A DNA stretch of 26,305 nucleotides, taken from positions 1-26,305 of IMG/VR virus record IMGVR_UViG_3300031683_000030; one strand, written 5' to 3'. The notes under the pieces are model-generated. The model did no database searches, was not told the origin of the DNA, and saw only the letters and a program-made list of their open reading frames with translations. Of this stretch, positions 25,242-26,305 are shown piece after piece. Source of the DNA: a virus. Lineage: Duplodnaviria > Caudoviricetes. The position numbers and the translations under genes were made by a program. Positions within the stretch are counted from its first letter, which is position 1, and each line of letters opens with the position of its first letter.

Positions 25242-25269
25242 CAAATGGCTTGCACTTGCAAGCCATTTG
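25242..25269 (-). terminator. 12-bp hairpin, probable terminator after the AAA+ ATPase
   Basis: CAAATGGCTTGC-AAGT-GCAAGCCATTTG, 8 nt after the stop codon. Confidence 0.7.
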
Positions 25270-25277
25270 GTTGTTTC

Positions 25278-26153
25278 TTATTGCGTCTTTACACGGCGCA
25301 TACATGTAACTTCAGCAGTACGCTTCCACTTGCTGCCCATTGATTTCTTCAAGTCCGCAAGCTTGGTAACCATGCGCAAACTAATCTCACGCATCTTTTC
25401 TTTGTTACCTATCATAAAGTCCATTAAGTCTGTTTCTTCCTCTGGAGTAAAGTCATATTCGTTAAGCATGCCGTCTTTGACAATTTGCTTACAACGCAAT
25501 ACCTTTTCACGTGTTGTATCCATTGTAAGATCCAAGTAGTGACAGCGTGACATAATAGCATCTAAGTGATCTTTAATCTTTCCACGTACATTGTCAAACT
25601 TAAGGTTAGTAATAAAGATTACACTGCCGTTAAACTCGAAGCAATCTGGAATACCTTCACGTCGTAACAATGAACTATCTGTGTTCCAGTTCAGTTTACG
25701 CTTCTTGCTAGAGTCCAGTGCTGCTTTGAGCAAGTTCAACGAGGTTTCATCGTAAAGCACTGTATCGCAATCATCTAATACTAAAACACTATTCCTGTCT
25801 GCATTAGTGTATAGTGTTTTATACAAGCCTATTGCGGAACTGGCGCCTTTTACAACTTCAAACCTCATACGGTTTCCTGCTAGCTTATCAAACAAACTAT
25901 TTTTTTCTAGTACTTGTTCAACACCAAATGATTTTCCTACTCCAGGAGGACCTGTAACAACCATGCCGCGTACAATGCCATCAATTGAAGCTTGTGTCAT
26001 GTCGTCTAAAATTGAAAAGCGCTCACGCATCCGTTCAATAATCTGATCATCAGTTTCGTTTGGGTTGTCAACTGCATCGTTGACTACTTCCATGATTTTA
26101 GTAGAGTTTGGTGGACGTCCGCGTCTCTTTGGTGCTGTTGCTAAGTTAGTCAT
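25278..26153 (-). CDS. AAA+ P-loop ATPase with N-terminal AT-hook-like motif
   Basis: Walker A GPPGVGKS, Walker B LVLDDCD, sensor-1 FITN, Arg finger AIMSR; N-terminal PKRRGRPP; AGGAG Shine-Dalgarno. Confidence 0.85.
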   Translation of the reverse strand: MTNLATAPKRRGRPPNSTKIMEVVNDAVDNPNETDDQIIERMRERFSILDDMTQASIDGIVRGMVVTGPPGVGKSFGVEQVLEKNSLFDKLAGNRMRFEVVKGASSAIGLYKTLYTNADRNSVLVLDDCDTVLYDETSLNLLKAALDSSKKRKLNWNTDSSLLRREGIPDCFEFNGSVIFITNLKFDNVRGKIKDHLDAIMSRCHYLDLTMDTTREKVLRCKQIVKDGMLNEYDFTPEEETDLMDFMIGNKEKMREISLRMVTKLADLKKSMGSKWKRTAEVTCMRRVKTQ

Positions 26154-26188
26154 GCTATAAAACTCCTGTTTCGTAATGTTATATAACT

Positions 26189-26217
26189 ATTATAAGGTAA
26201 GACGTCTTACTTGTCAA
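26189..26217 (-). promoter_or_regulatory. Perfect-consensus sigma70 promoter with a palindromic operator-like spacer
   Basis: TTGACA-N17-TATAAT; the spacer holds the 14-bp palindrome GTAAGACGTCTTAC. Confidence 0.85.
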
Positions 26218-26220
26218 CCT

Positions 26221-26305
26221 TTATTTTGAAACTTCTTGGAATCCGTAGTTAGCAACAACTGATTGCTTTCCATTTTCATCTTCAATAATATCTCCAACAC
26301 TTATA
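26221..26305 (-). CDS. 3' end of a gene running off the window (YodL-like C-terminal motif)
   Basis: Reads ISVGDIIEDENGKQSVVANYGFQEVSK-stop; S-V-G-D-I-I...GF pattern. Confidence 0.55.
   Translation of the reverse strand, partial: ISVGDIIEDENGKQSVVANYGFQEVSK

Noticed and set aside
25190-25261. N-terminal extension of the helicase given in the ORF track (start 25261)
   Set aside because: It overlaps a terminator-like hairpin and the predicted promoter; the ATG at 25189 fits the leaderless geometry.
759-26046. Many plus-strand ORFs in the track (e.g. 2907-3593, 6012-6359, 15756-16121, 23862-24164)
   Set aside because: They are antisense shadows of well-supported minus-strand genes with no recognisable motifs; only 21149-21520 fills a real gap.
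1-26305. Stop-codon reassignment (alternative genetic code)
   Set aside because: Conserved genes are full length in code 11; TGA and TAG act as stops (ATGA overlaps; TAG at 20257); no suppressor anticodon is present (tRNA-Leu TAG reads CTA, tRNA-Ser TGA reads TCA).

Overview
AT-rich (roughly 35% GC by eye) fragment of a large, distantly T4-related tailed phage genome. Nearly all genes are on the minus strand and use the standard code. Left to right: a tRNA cluster (Ser partial, Asn, Ala, Leu, Thr) interrupted by a QueC-like PP-loop gene; a glycine-zipper protein; a putative tail/baseplate protein and a PAAR spike tip; glutaredoxin and class Ia ribonucleotide reductase (nrdA, nrdB); a PD-(D/E)XK exonuclease and an SGNH-like hydrolase; a late-promoter-driven block of probable head-internal proteins that includes a ligase-fold nucleotidyltransferase next to a Pol-beta-type nucleotidyltransferase; and a replication module (gp41-like helicase, gp61-like primase, a 194-aa miniature DnaE-like protein, a Zn-finger protein, a gp62-like clamp-loader subunit, a possible inactive Hint-fold protein, a UvsW-like helicase and an AT-hook AAA+ ATPase). 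Two promoter classes are visible: sigma70-like TTGACA-N17 promoters, three of which appear to give leaderless mRNAs, and T4-late-like ATAAATA boxes. The most interesting candidates are the mini-DnaE operon and the possibly virion-packaged nucleotidyltransferase/ligase pair. All family calls come from motif recognition by eye; no database searches were run.
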